NCBI GenBank assembly: GCA_965248575.1
Contig: CBDFJQ010000002.1
Coordinates: forward strand, 1,952,001 to 2,016,000
DNA from: Planctomycetota bacterium
Lineage (GTDB): Bacteria; Planctomycetota; B15-G4
Direction: 5' to 3'
DNA length: 64,000 nucleotides
Made by a program: the position numbers and the translations under genes. Positions 46,225 through 56,400 of the stretch are shown here, piece after piece (position 1 is the first letter of the stretch; every line of letters begins with the position of its first letter). A model generated the notes under the pieces. The model saw only the letters and a list, made by a program, of their open reading frames with translations. It was not told the DNA's origin and did no database searches.

Positions 46225-47402
46225 CCAGCACCACACTGCCTCGCCGCGCACCGCCCTGTCGCCCCCGCCTGCCCGGGGCGCTGAAGCTCTCGGCCTTGCT
46301 GCTCGCCTGCGGCCTGCCCTTCGCGACGCCCGTCGCCCAAACCGCTTCCGGAGAACGGGTGGCCGCGCCGGCGAGCAGACACTCGGAATTCTTCACGGAC
46401 AGTCGTGAGTCCGGCAGCGCCGAACCCAGCTCCGAACAGGCCACCTCCTTGAGCGCCTCCCTCGGAGACCACTCGCTCCAGGCCTACGACGTTTCCGACC
46501 TCACCAACAGCGTGCAGGCAGCAGCCATCTCGCTCCAGGCGATCCACACGTCAGACTTCGAAGAGGCCCAAGAACGCCTGGCCCAGCTGGAGGACATTGA
46601 GCAGCTGCGGCAACACGCCCTGGGGGCGATCCAAGCCCTGGACGAGGTGGTTCGCGACTCGATTCAGCCGCCGTTGCGCGACGGGACCGATTCCTTGCGG
46701 GTCTTGGGTGACAACCTGCTCGTGCTCAATGGCAGCGATGCCCAGCACGCGTGGATGATCCGCTTCCTTGAGACTCAGCGCGGTGCCGACGAACTCGTGA
46801 GCATGCAGGCCCATGTGTGGATCGCGAGCCAGGGGCTGGGGCGTGAACTGGGCTTGAACGGTGAGGTGCAGAAGCTGCTTCCCGATCGCAGCCAGGTGGC
46901 GGAGGTGCTCTCCCTGGCCAAGGCCCTGGGCCATGACACCATCACCTCGCCCCAGTTGCTCGCGCACCCACGCCAGAAGGCCATGGTCTCGGTGCTCAAC
47001 CAGGTGTCTTATGTCAGCGAGTGGTCACTCGTGATGGTGCAACCGGACGAGACCCTCATCGCAGACCCGGTCATCGATGTTGTCCAGGAAGGCGTGGTCC
47101 TCGAAGCCCGCGCCGTGCCCCTCTTCCCCGGCCATTGGATGGTCGACGCCGAGCTGAAGCTGTCCAGCCTGGAACGCCCCATCCCCACGCGCACGATCCA
47201 GTTCGGCGACGGAAGCCACAGCGGCAAGGTCTCTCACCCAGTGGTGTCCAAGGTGAGCATGTCATCGCGCTTCGCCGTCCCGGCCGGGGGCGGAGCGCTC
47301 TTCCTCACCTATGACCAGGTGCAGGATCGCGATGTCCTGGTGCTCATGCAGCTGGACAACTTCGACCCAGCGAGCCTGGCTCCTGAGCGGAGCAGGAAGT
47401 AG
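46221..47402 (+). CDS. Short secretin-like (GspD-related) exported protein
   Basis: ATGA-coupled; YDVSDL, LVL..Q N3-like segment, SPQL..QKA.VSVLNQVSYV, DPVIDVVQEGVVLEAR. Confidence 0.6.
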   Translation: MTSTTLPRRAPPCRPRLPGALKLSALLLACGLPFATPVAQTASGERVAAPASRHSEFFTDSRESGSAEPSSEQATSLSASLGDHSLQAYDVSDLTNSVQAAAISLQAIHTSDFEEAQERLAQLEDIEQLRQHALGAIQALDEVVRDSIQPPLRDGTDSLRVLGDNLLVLNGSDAQHAWMIRFLETQRGADELVSMQAHVWIASQGLGRELGLNGEVQKLLPDRSQVAEVLSLAKALGHDTITSPQLLAHPRQKAMVSVLNQVSYVSEWSLVMVQPDETLIADPVIDVVQEGVVLEARAVPLFPGHWMVDAELKLSSLERPIPTRTIQFGDGSHSGKVSHPVVSKVSMSSRFAVPAGGGALFLTYDQVQDRDVLVLMQLDNFDPASLAPERSRK

Positions 47403-47459
47403 CGGCTCGCCGCGAAGCCCCGCCCTGCGTGGGGGATGGCGTTGAGACTGGCGTCGCGG

Positions 47460-49130
47460 CTAACGTTTCGGTTTGCGCCAGGCCTTGTCCGTCCAGATCC
47501 GCTCACCCCGGCCGAGGCGCTTCACCTCGAAGGTCAAACCCTCCGTCAGGAAGAAGCGGTCGGTGATTCCGTCGGACAAGCCCGTGCGCACATGGGTCGC
47601 GTTGAGCACCGGCTCCGACCAGCTGGGGTCCATGGGCTGCCAGAAACCGTCCAAGGCCACCTCGACCCAACGGTGTGCCGCCAGCTCCGGCGGGTGATCG
47701 CCGCTGTGCACATAGCCGTTCACCGGTCGCACCGGGTGGCCTAGCGAACGGGCCAGGGTCAAGAACATGAGCGCGTGTTCGGTGCAGTCACCCAGCTTTT
47801 CATCGAGCAGCTCGTCCAGGCTGTCCGGGTTGGCGTCCAGGTCGTTTTCGATGTACTCATCCACGTAGAGCAGCAGCGCCTCGAGTTGATCCCGGGGAGC
47901 TTCCGAGCGCGCCTTGCGGATGCCCGTCGCAGCGAGGCGCTTCACACGCGCATCGTGGATGGGGAAGGCAACGGTCTCTGCCAGAGCATCCTCTCGATCC
48001 TGCTCGGTCACCGCCTCCAGGGAGCCGTAGGTCGCCCCCAGGAAGAGCGTCGTCGTCCCCGTCTGCGGGTCGTGGTGGACCTCTTGCCCCGGCCCTTCCG
48101 TCAACTCTGCGGCCTGCGGGTGGCGGGTCTCCAACACCAACTCGGTGATGCTCTTGGTGTCGCCGATGCGCTTCTTCAGACCCCAGCGAGACAAGCTCTC
48201 GAAGTCCACGGCGCGTTCCTGCATGAGGCGCGCCTGTTTCTCCTCGGCGGGGACCAGCTCGTAGCCAACGTAGCGCCCCCCCACGAGCCGACCCGCGTCG
48301 TCCACCTGATAGGGGCCCATACCGAAGACGGCCTTCGCCTCGGCGATCTCGTACCGCGCAGCTGCAGCACTCGCCGCCGCGGTCTCGCCCGCTTCGTCTC
48401 CCCCGGCTCCCACATGCTCCCGAACCGACACCACCCGAAGAGTCCGCTTCGCAGGCTTCAAGCCCTCGTAATCCAGGTCGAGGTACGTCCGTTCCTCGCC
48501 AGCCAGCAGGTCATCCCGGGCCATCCAGGCCACCGGCGTCAGCAAGTCCAGGTAGCTGAACTCGACGAAGGGCGCGTTCAGCAGGCGCACCTTTCCGTCC
48601 TCCACGATCGAACCGGCATAGAAGTCACCCTCGCGCATGAGCTCCGACAGCTGGAAGTGCTTGTCGACGCGCACGCTGCGCTGGGCCGCCAGGAACTCGT
48701 AGGGCGCCTCGCGCGCGAAGAAGATCTCATCCAGTTCGTGGCGATTCGAGATGCGCCCCTTGTGTACGGGCCGCGTGCTCATCTCCCGACGGAAGGCGAA
48801 GACCTGCCGGTCGCCCCAGGTGTCAGGCCCCCGCTCCCACATGAGCCAGCCCCCCTTGCGGCCCAGGGACATGAGCTCGAAGTGCTCGCGCACGTGGCGC
48901 TGGAGCAGTTCGTCCGGGATGTCGAGCCGCCGGGTTTCGGTGTCTCTCTCAGTATCGGAAGCTGCCTCGGTCTCGGCCTCGACCTCCTGCCCCCACACCG
49001 GGCCCGACAGCAGCGCGCCGAGGAGCACGGCCAGCAAGCCGCGGCGCCACGGCCCGTGCCGAATCGTGCCCAGTGCTATCAGCCCTGTTTCGCAGCGTCC
49101 CACCGGCAGCCGTCCGTCAGGACGCTCCAT
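47460..49130 (-). CDS. Exported transglutaminase-like protein
   Basis: GDCTEHA, HRWVEV, DPSW Cys-His-Asp triad. Confidence 0.85.
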   Translation of the reverse strand: MERPDGRLPVGRCETGLIALGTIRHGPWRRGLLAVLLGALLSGPVWGQEVEAETEAASDTERDTETRRLDIPDELLQRHVREHFELMSLGRKGGWLMWERGPDTWGDRQVFAFRREMSTRPVHKGRISNRHELDEIFFAREAPYEFLAAQRSVRVDKHFQLSELMREGDFYAGSIVEDGKVRLLNAPFVEFSYLDLLTPVAWMARDDLLAGEERTYLDLDYEGLKPAKRTLRVVSVREHVGAGGDEAGETAAASAAAARYEIAEAKAVFGMGPYQVDDAGRLVGGRYVGYELVPAEEKQARLMQERAVDFESLSRWGLKKRIGDTKSITELVLETRHPQAAELTEGPGQEVHHDPQTGTTTLFLGATYGSLEAVTEQDREDALAETVAFPIHDARVKRLAATGIRKARSEAPRDQLEALLLYVDEYIENDLDANPDSLDELLDEKLGDCTEHALMFLTLARSLGHPVRPVNGYVHSGDHPPELAAHRWVEVALDGFWQPMDPSWSEPVLNATHVRTGLSDGITDRFFLTEGLTFEVKRLGRGERIWTDKAWRKPKR

Positions 49131-49395
49131 GGAAGACCGATTCGAAACACCCGCGCCCGGCGCGGCAGTCTTCGGGGTGCGCGAACTTGCGGTCGGGGCC
49201 CAGTTGATGGCCCGTCTTGCGACACCAGCACCAGTTGCTGGCGTCGAGCACGTCAGCAGCCGTCATCGGCAAACCGGTGCTCGTGAGCACCTTCTTGCTG
49301 CTGAGGTCCGAGCAATAGGGGCTGAAGCGAGGGCCCTGTCCCGCGGCCGTTGCCCGCTCATGAGCCGGCTCGCCGTTTGAGTCGTGGTCTGGCAT
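49117..49395 (-). CDS. Small Cys-rich protein
   Basis: 92 aa: YCSDLSSK..WCWCRKT..GPD..DCRAGRGCFE; AGGAG RBS. Confidence 0.7.
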   Translation of the reverse strand: MPDHDSNGEPAHERATAAGQGPRFSPYCSDLSSKKVLTSTGLPMTAADVLDASNWCWCRKTGHQLGPDRKFAHPEDCRAGRGCFESVFHGAS

Positions 49396-49423
49396 GAATG
49401 GTCTCCTGGTCAGGGCGCGGGGG

Positions 49424-50413
49424 TCAGGACGCGAGGGCTTGCAGCGCGCGTGTGATGAGGCCCTTGGTGAGCGGCACCTTGTAGCCGTTCTCAGACAGGG
49501 GCTCGGCCTTTGCCATCGCCTCCGCTGCTGCCAGACCGATGGTCTCGGGCGTGATCTCTCGCCCCACCAAAAGGGCTTCCGTGCTCTCGCAGGACCACGG
49601 CGTGGGGGCGACACCGCCCAGCACAAGCTTGGCCGCTGCGATCTGCGCACCCTCCATCCAGACGCAGAGAGCCACCGCCGACAAGGCCCAGTCATAGGAG
49701 CCCCGCTCCCGGAACTTCACGAAGGTGCTGCGCATGCCTGCAGCCGGGGCCGGGATGTGGACGTGAGTCAGGACCTCATCCGCTTCGCGCACCGTCTCGC
49801 GCGTGATGCCGTCGTCGGCAGGCAGCAGGTAGTAGTCCTTGAGCAGCAGGGTGCGTGAGCCGCGCGGGCTGACCAAGGTCGCGCTCGCACCCAGGGCGAT
49901 CAGCGCTGGCGCCAGGTCGCTGGGGTGCACGATGTAGGTGGGCCCACCGCCCAGGATGGCGTTGTATTTGTTGAGGCCCACCTGCGCGAAGCAGTGGGTG
50001 CCGCCCTTCTTCAGGCAGACCGTCTCGGCGTTGCGGTAGTACCAGCAACGCGGCCGTTGGTTGAGGTTGCCCCCCACCGTGCCGGCGGCGCGGATCTGGG
50101 GGCTACCCACCTGGCCGGCAGCTTCCGTCAACACGCTGCAGTCACGCTGCATCCGAGAGTCTTCTTCGAGGGACTGGAGCGTCACCATGGCACCCAGGGA
50201 CACAGCGCCGTCGGCCGCCCAGCTGATGCTGTCCAAGCCGGCGATGCCCGCGAGGTTCACCACGCGCTCCGGATCCACGAGGGAGTCTTTCAGCTCACCC
50301 AGAAGATCCTGCCCACCGGCCATGAGCACGGCGCTGCGGTCGTCTTGCTCCGTCGGTAGCAGGGAGGCCGCGGCCTCGGCGCTGGTCGGCTTCTGGAGGT
50401 CGAAGGTCTTCAT
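49424..50413 (-). CDS. Xanthine-dehydrogenase-family FAD subunit (PaoB/YagS-like)
   Basis: AGGQDL, SPQIR..GTVGGN..QRPRCWYYR, HPSD, GGVAPTPW, NGYK. Confidence 0.92.
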   Translation of the reverse strand: MKTFDLQKPTSAEAAASLLPTEQDDRSAVLMAGGQDLLGELKDSLVDPERVVNLAGIAGLDSISWAADGAVSLGAMVTLQSLEEDSRMQRDCSVLTEAAGQVGSPQIRAAGTVGGNLNQRPRCWYYRNAETVCLKKGGTHCFAQVGLNKYNAILGGGPTYIVHPSDLAPALIALGASATLVSPRGSRTLLLKDYYLLPADDGITRETVREADEVLTHVHIPAPAAGMRSTFVKFRERGSYDWALSAVALCVWMEGAQIAAAKLVLGGVAPTPWSCESTEALLVGREITPETIGLAAAEAMAKAEPLSENGYKVPLTKGLITRALQALAS

Positions 50414-50414
50414 C

Positions 50415-52604
50415 TCAGCTCACCCCTTCCAAGGTCTGCAACACGCGGTCGGGCGTGAACGGCATGTCCCGCAGTCGTAGACCGCAGGCATTGAAGATGG
50501 CGTTGGCGATGGCGCTGTGGCCGGGAATGCTCGAGGCCTCGGCCATGCCCATGACCGCCTCGCGCGTGTCGTCGTCATCGATCAGCGCCACCAGCTCGGG
50601 CATCTCCTGCGAGCCGGCGATCTTGTAGTTCTCCATATCCGCCGTGAGCATCACACCCGTCTCGGGGTCGTGCACCCGTTGCTCGAGCAGCGCGAAGGAC
50701 AGGGCCTGGATCATGCCGCCGTTCATCTGGCTGCGGATGGCCATGCGGTTGAGGGGCAGGCCCTGGTCCTGCACGGAGACCATCTTCAGCACCTGCACGC
50801 GACCGGTCAGGGTGTCCACCTCCACCTTGGCGGCCTGGGCACCATGAATGCCCTGGTCCCGCAGGTGCGGTTGGAAGCGGCCCGTGACCGCGATCGGGTC
50901 GGTGCCCAGAGCCGCACAGGCTTGGCTCCAGCTCAACGAACGATCGGCATCGCCCTCCACGAACACCTTGTGGTCGACGAAACGCAACTGTTCAGGCCGG
51001 GCGTCGAGCATCGGAGCCACGCGGTCGGCAAGAGCCACCCGCGCGTTGAACGCGCCGTCCTTGATGGACGGGCCGATGCTGCCGGTGGTGACGCTGCCGC
51101 CGGAGGCCACGGCCGGCGGAAGCCGGCTGTCCCCGATCTCCGCCGTGACCTCGTGCGCCGCCAGGCCAAGCTCCTCGGCCACGATCGCGGCCACCAAGGT
51201 GCGCGCCCCCTGACCAATGTCCTGCACGCCTGTCGCAGCGCGCACGGTGCCATCCGCCTCGATGCGCACATCCACGACCGTCACATCGCGACTCCGGCTG
51301 CCCCACACGGCCACTCCAAAGCCGATGCCCACGTGCTTGCCGTCGCCGTTGGTGCCGAGGCCTCCGGCGCCCGGCTTCGTGCGGTTCGGGTGCTCGTTCC
51401 AACCGATGGCTTCCGCCGCCCGGTCCAGCTGGCGGTGGTAGACGGAGCTGCTCAGGTTGCGCTTTCGGAACTCCACCGGATCCATGCGGATGCCATAGGC
51501 CAGCTCGTCGACGAGTGACTCCATGGCGAAGCTCGCTTGGGGATGCCCCGGCGCCCGCATGGCACGACTGCTGTCGGTGGCCGTGTGCACGGAGCGGATC
51601 TGCGCCACCGTGTTCTCCACCGCATAGATGTAGGGCGGCGTCGGCAGGGCACCTTGCCCCACACCACCGTGGCGATCGGCCTCCACCACCAGGGCCTTGA
51701 ACAGGCCTTCCTTGGTGGCGCCGCCCGCCATGCGTTGCTCGGAACCGCTGCGGTTGCCGGCCATCAGGAACTCGTCCTTGCGGCTGAGCATGAGATGCAC
51801 CGGGCGCTTCACAATCAGGGCCAGCTCACAGGCCAGGCGGCCTTCGATGCCCGCCCCGAATTTGGCGCCGAAACCACCACCCACGTGACGCACCAGGACG
51901 CGCACCTTGTCGGCCGGCAAGCCCAGGTACTGGGCGAACTCACGATTCGAGCCCGTCACATTCTGCGAGCTGTGATAGACGGTGGCCTCGTCTCCGCCGC
52001 GGTAGTCCACCACCACGCCGTGCGTCTCCAGGCTCACGTGGTGCTGCACCGGCACCCGGTAGGTGCCCTGCACGACCGTGTCGCATTCCTTGAGCGCTGC
52101 GCCCACCGCGGCCCGGTCACCGGTGTTGTTCGCGCTGCTGATGTTGCTGCCGTTGCGGCCCACACCAGGGGACCCGGCCGCGAGGGCCTGGGCGGGCGTG
52201 ACCACGGGCTCGAGCACCTCGTACTCCACCTTCACTTCACGCAGACCGGCCTCGGCCGCCTCCGGGGTCTCGCCCAGCACGGCACCCACCACACCATCCG
52301 CGCCTTGGTAGAGCAGCTGCGTCCCGTCTTCCTTGAAGGCGTCGGCGTAGACCACGCCGTCCACCCGGCGCGCTTTGCGATAGCTGGAGCTTCTGATGAC
52401 CGCGCGCGCATAGGGGCAGACCACGAAGCGCGCGTAGACCATCTCGGGCAAGCGCACATCGTGGGTGTACTCCGCGCGCCCGGTGACCTTCTCCGGTCCG
52501 TCGACGCGAGGGATGTCCGAGTTGAGCAAGGTGTGGCCGTCGTTGGGCCCCCACTCTGGCCGCAACTGGGGTGGCGACTGGGGACGCGGGTCGGCAGCGC
52601 TCAT
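50415..52604 (-). CDS. Xanthine-dehydrogenase-family molybdopterin subunit (PaoC/YagR-like)
   Basis: KVTGRAEY, GGGFGAK, MRAPG, QDIGQG, SGGS, MAE, ANAIFNA. Confidence 0.93.
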   Translation of the reverse strand: MSAADPRPQSPPQLRPEWGPNDGHTLLNSDIPRVDGPEKVTGRAEYTHDVRLPEMVYARFVVCPYARAVIRSSSYRKARRVDGVVYADAFKEDGTQLLYQGADGVVGAVLGETPEAAEAGLREVKVEYEVLEPVVTPAQALAAGSPGVGRNGSNISSANNTGDRAAVGAALKECDTVVQGTYRVPVQHHVSLETHGVVVDYRGGDEATVYHSSQNVTGSNREFAQYLGLPADKVRVLVRHVGGGFGAKFGAGIEGRLACELALIVKRPVHLMLSRKDEFLMAGNRSGSEQRMAGGATKEGLFKALVVEADRHGGVGQGALPTPPYIYAVENTVAQIRSVHTATDSSRAMRAPGHPQASFAMESLVDELAYGIRMDPVEFRKRNLSSSVYHRQLDRAAEAIGWNEHPNRTKPGAGGLGTNGDGKHVGIGFGVAVWGSRSRDVTVVDVRIEADGTVRAATGVQDIGQGARTLVAAIVAEELGLAAHEVTAEIGDSRLPPAVASGGSVTTGSIGPSIKDGAFNARVALADRVAPMLDARPEQLRFVDHKVFVEGDADRSLSWSQACAALGTDPIAVTGRFQPHLRDQGIHGAQAAKVEVDTLTGRVQVLKMVSVQDQGLPLNRMAIRSQMNGGMIQALSFALLEQRVHDPETGVMLTADMENYKIAGSQEMPELVALIDDDDTREAVMGMAEASSIPGHSAIANAIFNACGLRLRDMPFTPDRVLQTLEGVS

Positions 52605-53281
52605 CACTTGCCTCCCTTCGCTGCCGTCTGCACCGCATCAAAGATGTGGGTGTAGGTGCCGCAGCGGCAGAGGTTGCCGGACAGCTCGTGCTTGATGGTG
52701 TCCAGGCCCGGATCGCCGTGCTTCTCGAGGCAGGCGGTGGAGGCCATCACGAAGCCCGGCGTGCAGAAGCCGCACATGAGGCCGTCGTGCTTGCAGATGG
52801 CGTCCTGCAACGGCGAGAGATCGTCGGGGCTGCCAACGCCCTCGATGGTGCGCAGGGCCTTGCCCGGCATGGTTGCGGCCAACTGCATGCAGGAGTAGAC
52901 GGGTCGGCCGTCCACGAGCACTGTGCACGCCCCACAGTTGCCCCGATCGCAGACTTCCTTGGTGCCCGTCAGCGGTGGGACCACGTGGTGCCGCAGCGCC
53001 GAAAGCAGCGTGGTCTGAGGTTGCACCCGGACGCTCAGGTCCTTGCCGTTGATCCGCAATGTGATGGGGAAACTGCCGCTCAGGGTCTCGACCCCGGCCT
53101 GGTCCTGCGCAGTTTCGGCCAACCCCTCGGCCGGTGGTGCTGTGGCTGCCGTCGCGCGGGCAGCCAGGCCGCCCGTCAAGGCGCTGGCCACCACGCCGCC
53201 GCCGGCACCCTTCAGAAAGGAGCGGCGCGAGAGGGCCGCTCGGGCCTCCGCGTCAGGGGTCCGTCCGTCACGTGAGGCCAT
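52604..53281 (-). CDS. Xanthine-dehydrogenase-family 2Fe-2S subunit with Tat signal (PaoA/YagT-like)
   Basis: SRRSFLK; CDRGNCGAC, CGFCTPG, GNLCRC. Confidence 0.93.
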   Translation of the reverse strand: MASRDGRTPDAEARAALSRRSFLKGAGGGVVASALTGGLAARATAATAPPAEGLAETAQDQAGVETLSGSFPITLRINGKDLSVRVQPQTTLLSALRHHVVPPLTGTKEVCDRGNCGACTVLVDGRPVYSCMQLAATMPGKALRTIEGVGSPDDLSPLQDAICKHDGLMCGFCTPGFVMASTACLEKHGDPGLDTIKHELSGNLCRCGTYTHIFDAVQTAAKGGK

Positions 53282-53447
53282 GCTGTCTCCGTCCAGGCGT
53301 TCCAGGGGCATCCACCAGTTGAGCACTGGGGAGTCACCGGCCGCGGATTGTAGACAGCTCATCCCCTCCGTGGGCACACGGTCTCGAATTCGTCCTCCGG
53401 CTCACAGGGGTCGCGCCGGTCTCGCGCAGGCCGCCAGCGGGCGCAGC

Positions 53448-56400
53448 TCATTCTGCAGGGGGCGCCACCTCGCGGATCACGGCTCCGTGCTGCTCACTCA
53501 GGATGAGCACGCCATACGCCTCCACCGAACCGAGGCCGGTGCCCGAGTGGGACACATAGTCGAAGCGCCCACGCAGGTCGGTGTAGCCATCCTTGTGGAA
53601 ACGGATGCTCCCGCCCGGCGCCCGGGCATAGACCTTCACGTAGACCCGCGACAAGGGCTCGCCACCTTCGGCGCTCGTCACCTTGAGCTGCCCGTAGCTC
53701 TCGATCATCTGCACCACCATGTTGTTGGCGTAGTGCGCTTGGCGGCGCACCAGGCCCGCGCCCCGCACCTCGACCAGAACATTCGACGACGCCAGGGCCG
53801 GCGGCAGGCTGAAGCGCGTCTCGCCTGCCTGCGGGTCGAGCTGCACTTGCCGCTGTTGGTTGGGGCGGATGGCCGCGAAGGTCTCGCCCCCGGCTTGCAC
53901 GAAGGGGTTGCTCGAGAACAGGAACTCGATGTCCATGACGTAGAAGCCCACCTCGACCTGATCCAGCTGCGCATGCCGCAACAGCACCTGCCCCGCTTCC
54001 ACTTCCAGTTCGAGGCTCGCCTCACTGTCCGCCAGGGCGGTCATGAGTTGGGTGCGGTCCGGGTCGCCACTCGAGTTGGGGTCGCCAGCGTCTGTCTCGC
54101 TGCCAGCTGCGGCCAGCAGCCCGTCCGCTTCGTCCAGCTGGCGCAAGACCTCCTGGAAGCGATGCCGCCAGCGGGGCACGGGATGATCCCGATAGGGCTC
54201 AGCCAGACCGCGAGCGAAGGCGTGCTCCGGCGTGAAGAAGTCCAGGTAGGCCGCCGCGTAGTCGTACTGCATGCGCCCGTCCACCGCGTCCCGCCGCACC
54301 CGCGAGAAGGCCTGTTGCGCCTGCTCCACCCGGTCTTGCAGCAGCAAGGCATAGGTGACATCCAGCCAGTCGGCGTCGTTGAGCTGTGGCTTGTACGTCA
54401 GCACCCGCAGATAGGCCTCGTACTGCTGGGCGAAGTCGGCGTTCAAGATGCGCCGCTCGGCACCGAACCGATGGGCCCGTTCGTTCACGAGCGGATCGAA
54501 CTCGATGTGCTCGTAGAGCCGGCGCTGCACGGGGTCGATGTCCAACAAGGGCGAGGCCAGGAAGGGCCCGCACTGCCCCAGGAAAGGCGCGTCCATCTCC
54601 AGCAGTTCGCGCATGGCCTGGGCGTCGCGATGCTGCAAAGCGTAGGCCCACAGGCTGCGATCAAAGCGATGGCGCGCCCTGAGAGTTTTCAGCACCCGCT
54701 GGAACACCGAACGGTCCTTCATGCGCCAGGCGATGCGCGAAAGGTCCAAGCGCTCCGAGTTGCTCGCCTCGAGGAAGACCAACACCTGGTCCAGTGTTCC
54801 GCTCTGGGAGACATGCTCCCAAGAGGTGTCGTCCACGGTCGTCGGCTCGGCCACCACTTGCAGCCGCCTCGGCTCGGCCGCCGCCACGAACTCCCCCTCG
54901 CGCGACACATGCGCAGGGTACATCTCGAAAACCCCCGGCTCCGGGAAGTAGAAGTAGACATCGCGCTTGGTGCTTCCGAGCGGCGGCAGCTCCACGTCCA
55001 GGCCGCGCGTCTTGAGGCTGCCAGCCACCGGCAGCGCTCCCGCGGGGATCTGGATCAAGAGCTCCAACTGGCGCGGCTCGGAGGTGGGGTTCGAAACCAC
55101 CACCTGGCTTCCGTACACCACGCCCTTGAGCAACTCGCCCCTTACGTAGAGCTCGCGCCGTTGGTGCCCTTCGAATCTGTAGCGTTGGTCCGCCCGGAAG
55201 ATCTCTTGGCCCACCAGCAAGGGTGTCGTCACTTCACTCGGAGGCGCTTGGCGCAACTCCTTGCGCACCACGAGCGCTGCACCCGCAGGGGTGATGGTCA
55301 TGCGCGCCCCCTCTGTCTCCAGCCCGGGCTCCTCCGCCTCGAAGGGCAGATCGGTCACGGCCAGGGCCAGCAGCATCTCGTTCACGTGCCGGCTGGCCTG
55401 GGCCAGGTGTGTCGACACGAAGGCGGCGCCGCCGTCTGCCTGCGCGAAGTCCAGCCAGAACCCATTGGGCATGAGCAGGTCGGAGGTGTGCTCGTGCGCC
55501 CGGCGCCGCCAGTAGTTGTGCTCGGCGTAAGCGCGGGCGTTACCCACGTTGCGGTAGAGCGCGCGCGACGAGTAGCGCAGGGCCGCGTCCCGTTCCTCCT
55601 CGTCGCCAGCCGACCCGCCGTTGTAGCCGAGGGACCGGAGGGCCTCCATGTCGTCGTCCTTCGGCTGTGCGCTCGGAGCCTCGGCAGCCGACATCTTGCG
55701 GGAGCGCCCGGTGAGCGCCCCTGCTCTGGCGCTGTCTGCGGCCGACTCCTGGGCCACCTGTTTGGCGTCCTCGAAGGCCTCGGCAAAGGCGTCGTCGGAA
55801 TCGAGCGCCGAACCCGCCAACGCCATCTCGAACAGCCGCCGCTCCTGCGCCGTGTCGGGCGCGACGAGTTCCAGCAGTTCGGCCACGCGCCGCGCCACTC
55901 CGGCCGCCTGCTCCGGAAGGCGCCGCGCGAGCAGCACCTGCTCCAGGACGTTCAGCTGGGCGAAGGCGTAGGGCTCGAGGTAGGGCGTGAGGTCCTGCTC
56001 CAGCAACCAATGGTCCAGGAAGGTCTTGACCAGCTTGTTGGCCAGGTAGGGCCGCACCGTCGCGTCGAAGAAGTCCCGGTCTTTCTGGTGCAGGAAAATG
56101 TGCAGCTCGTGGCAGGCGAACTCGTCGTAATGCGCCAGCTTCTCTTCCCGGGCCAGCGCGTTCCACCCGGTCAGGAAGCGCCAGGACTCCAGCGAGCCAC
56201 TCTCGTCGAGGGTCGAGTAGAGACGGAAGACGGAGCCCAGCGAGTCGTACAGCTCCACTTGTGAAGTGCCCACGTCCTCTACCACGATGCCCGTGCCGGC
56301 GGGCACGAACTCCAACACCCGTTGCTCCGACATGTGCGTGTCTGATGGCAACGCGCGGGCGAGGCGCAGATCACGGGTCGCAAGGGCCGTGTCCTCCACC

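Noticed and set aside
53043..56264. 1073-aa + strand ORF
   Set aside because: Antisense shadow of the 2119-aa gene; no motifs; expected in high-GC DNA
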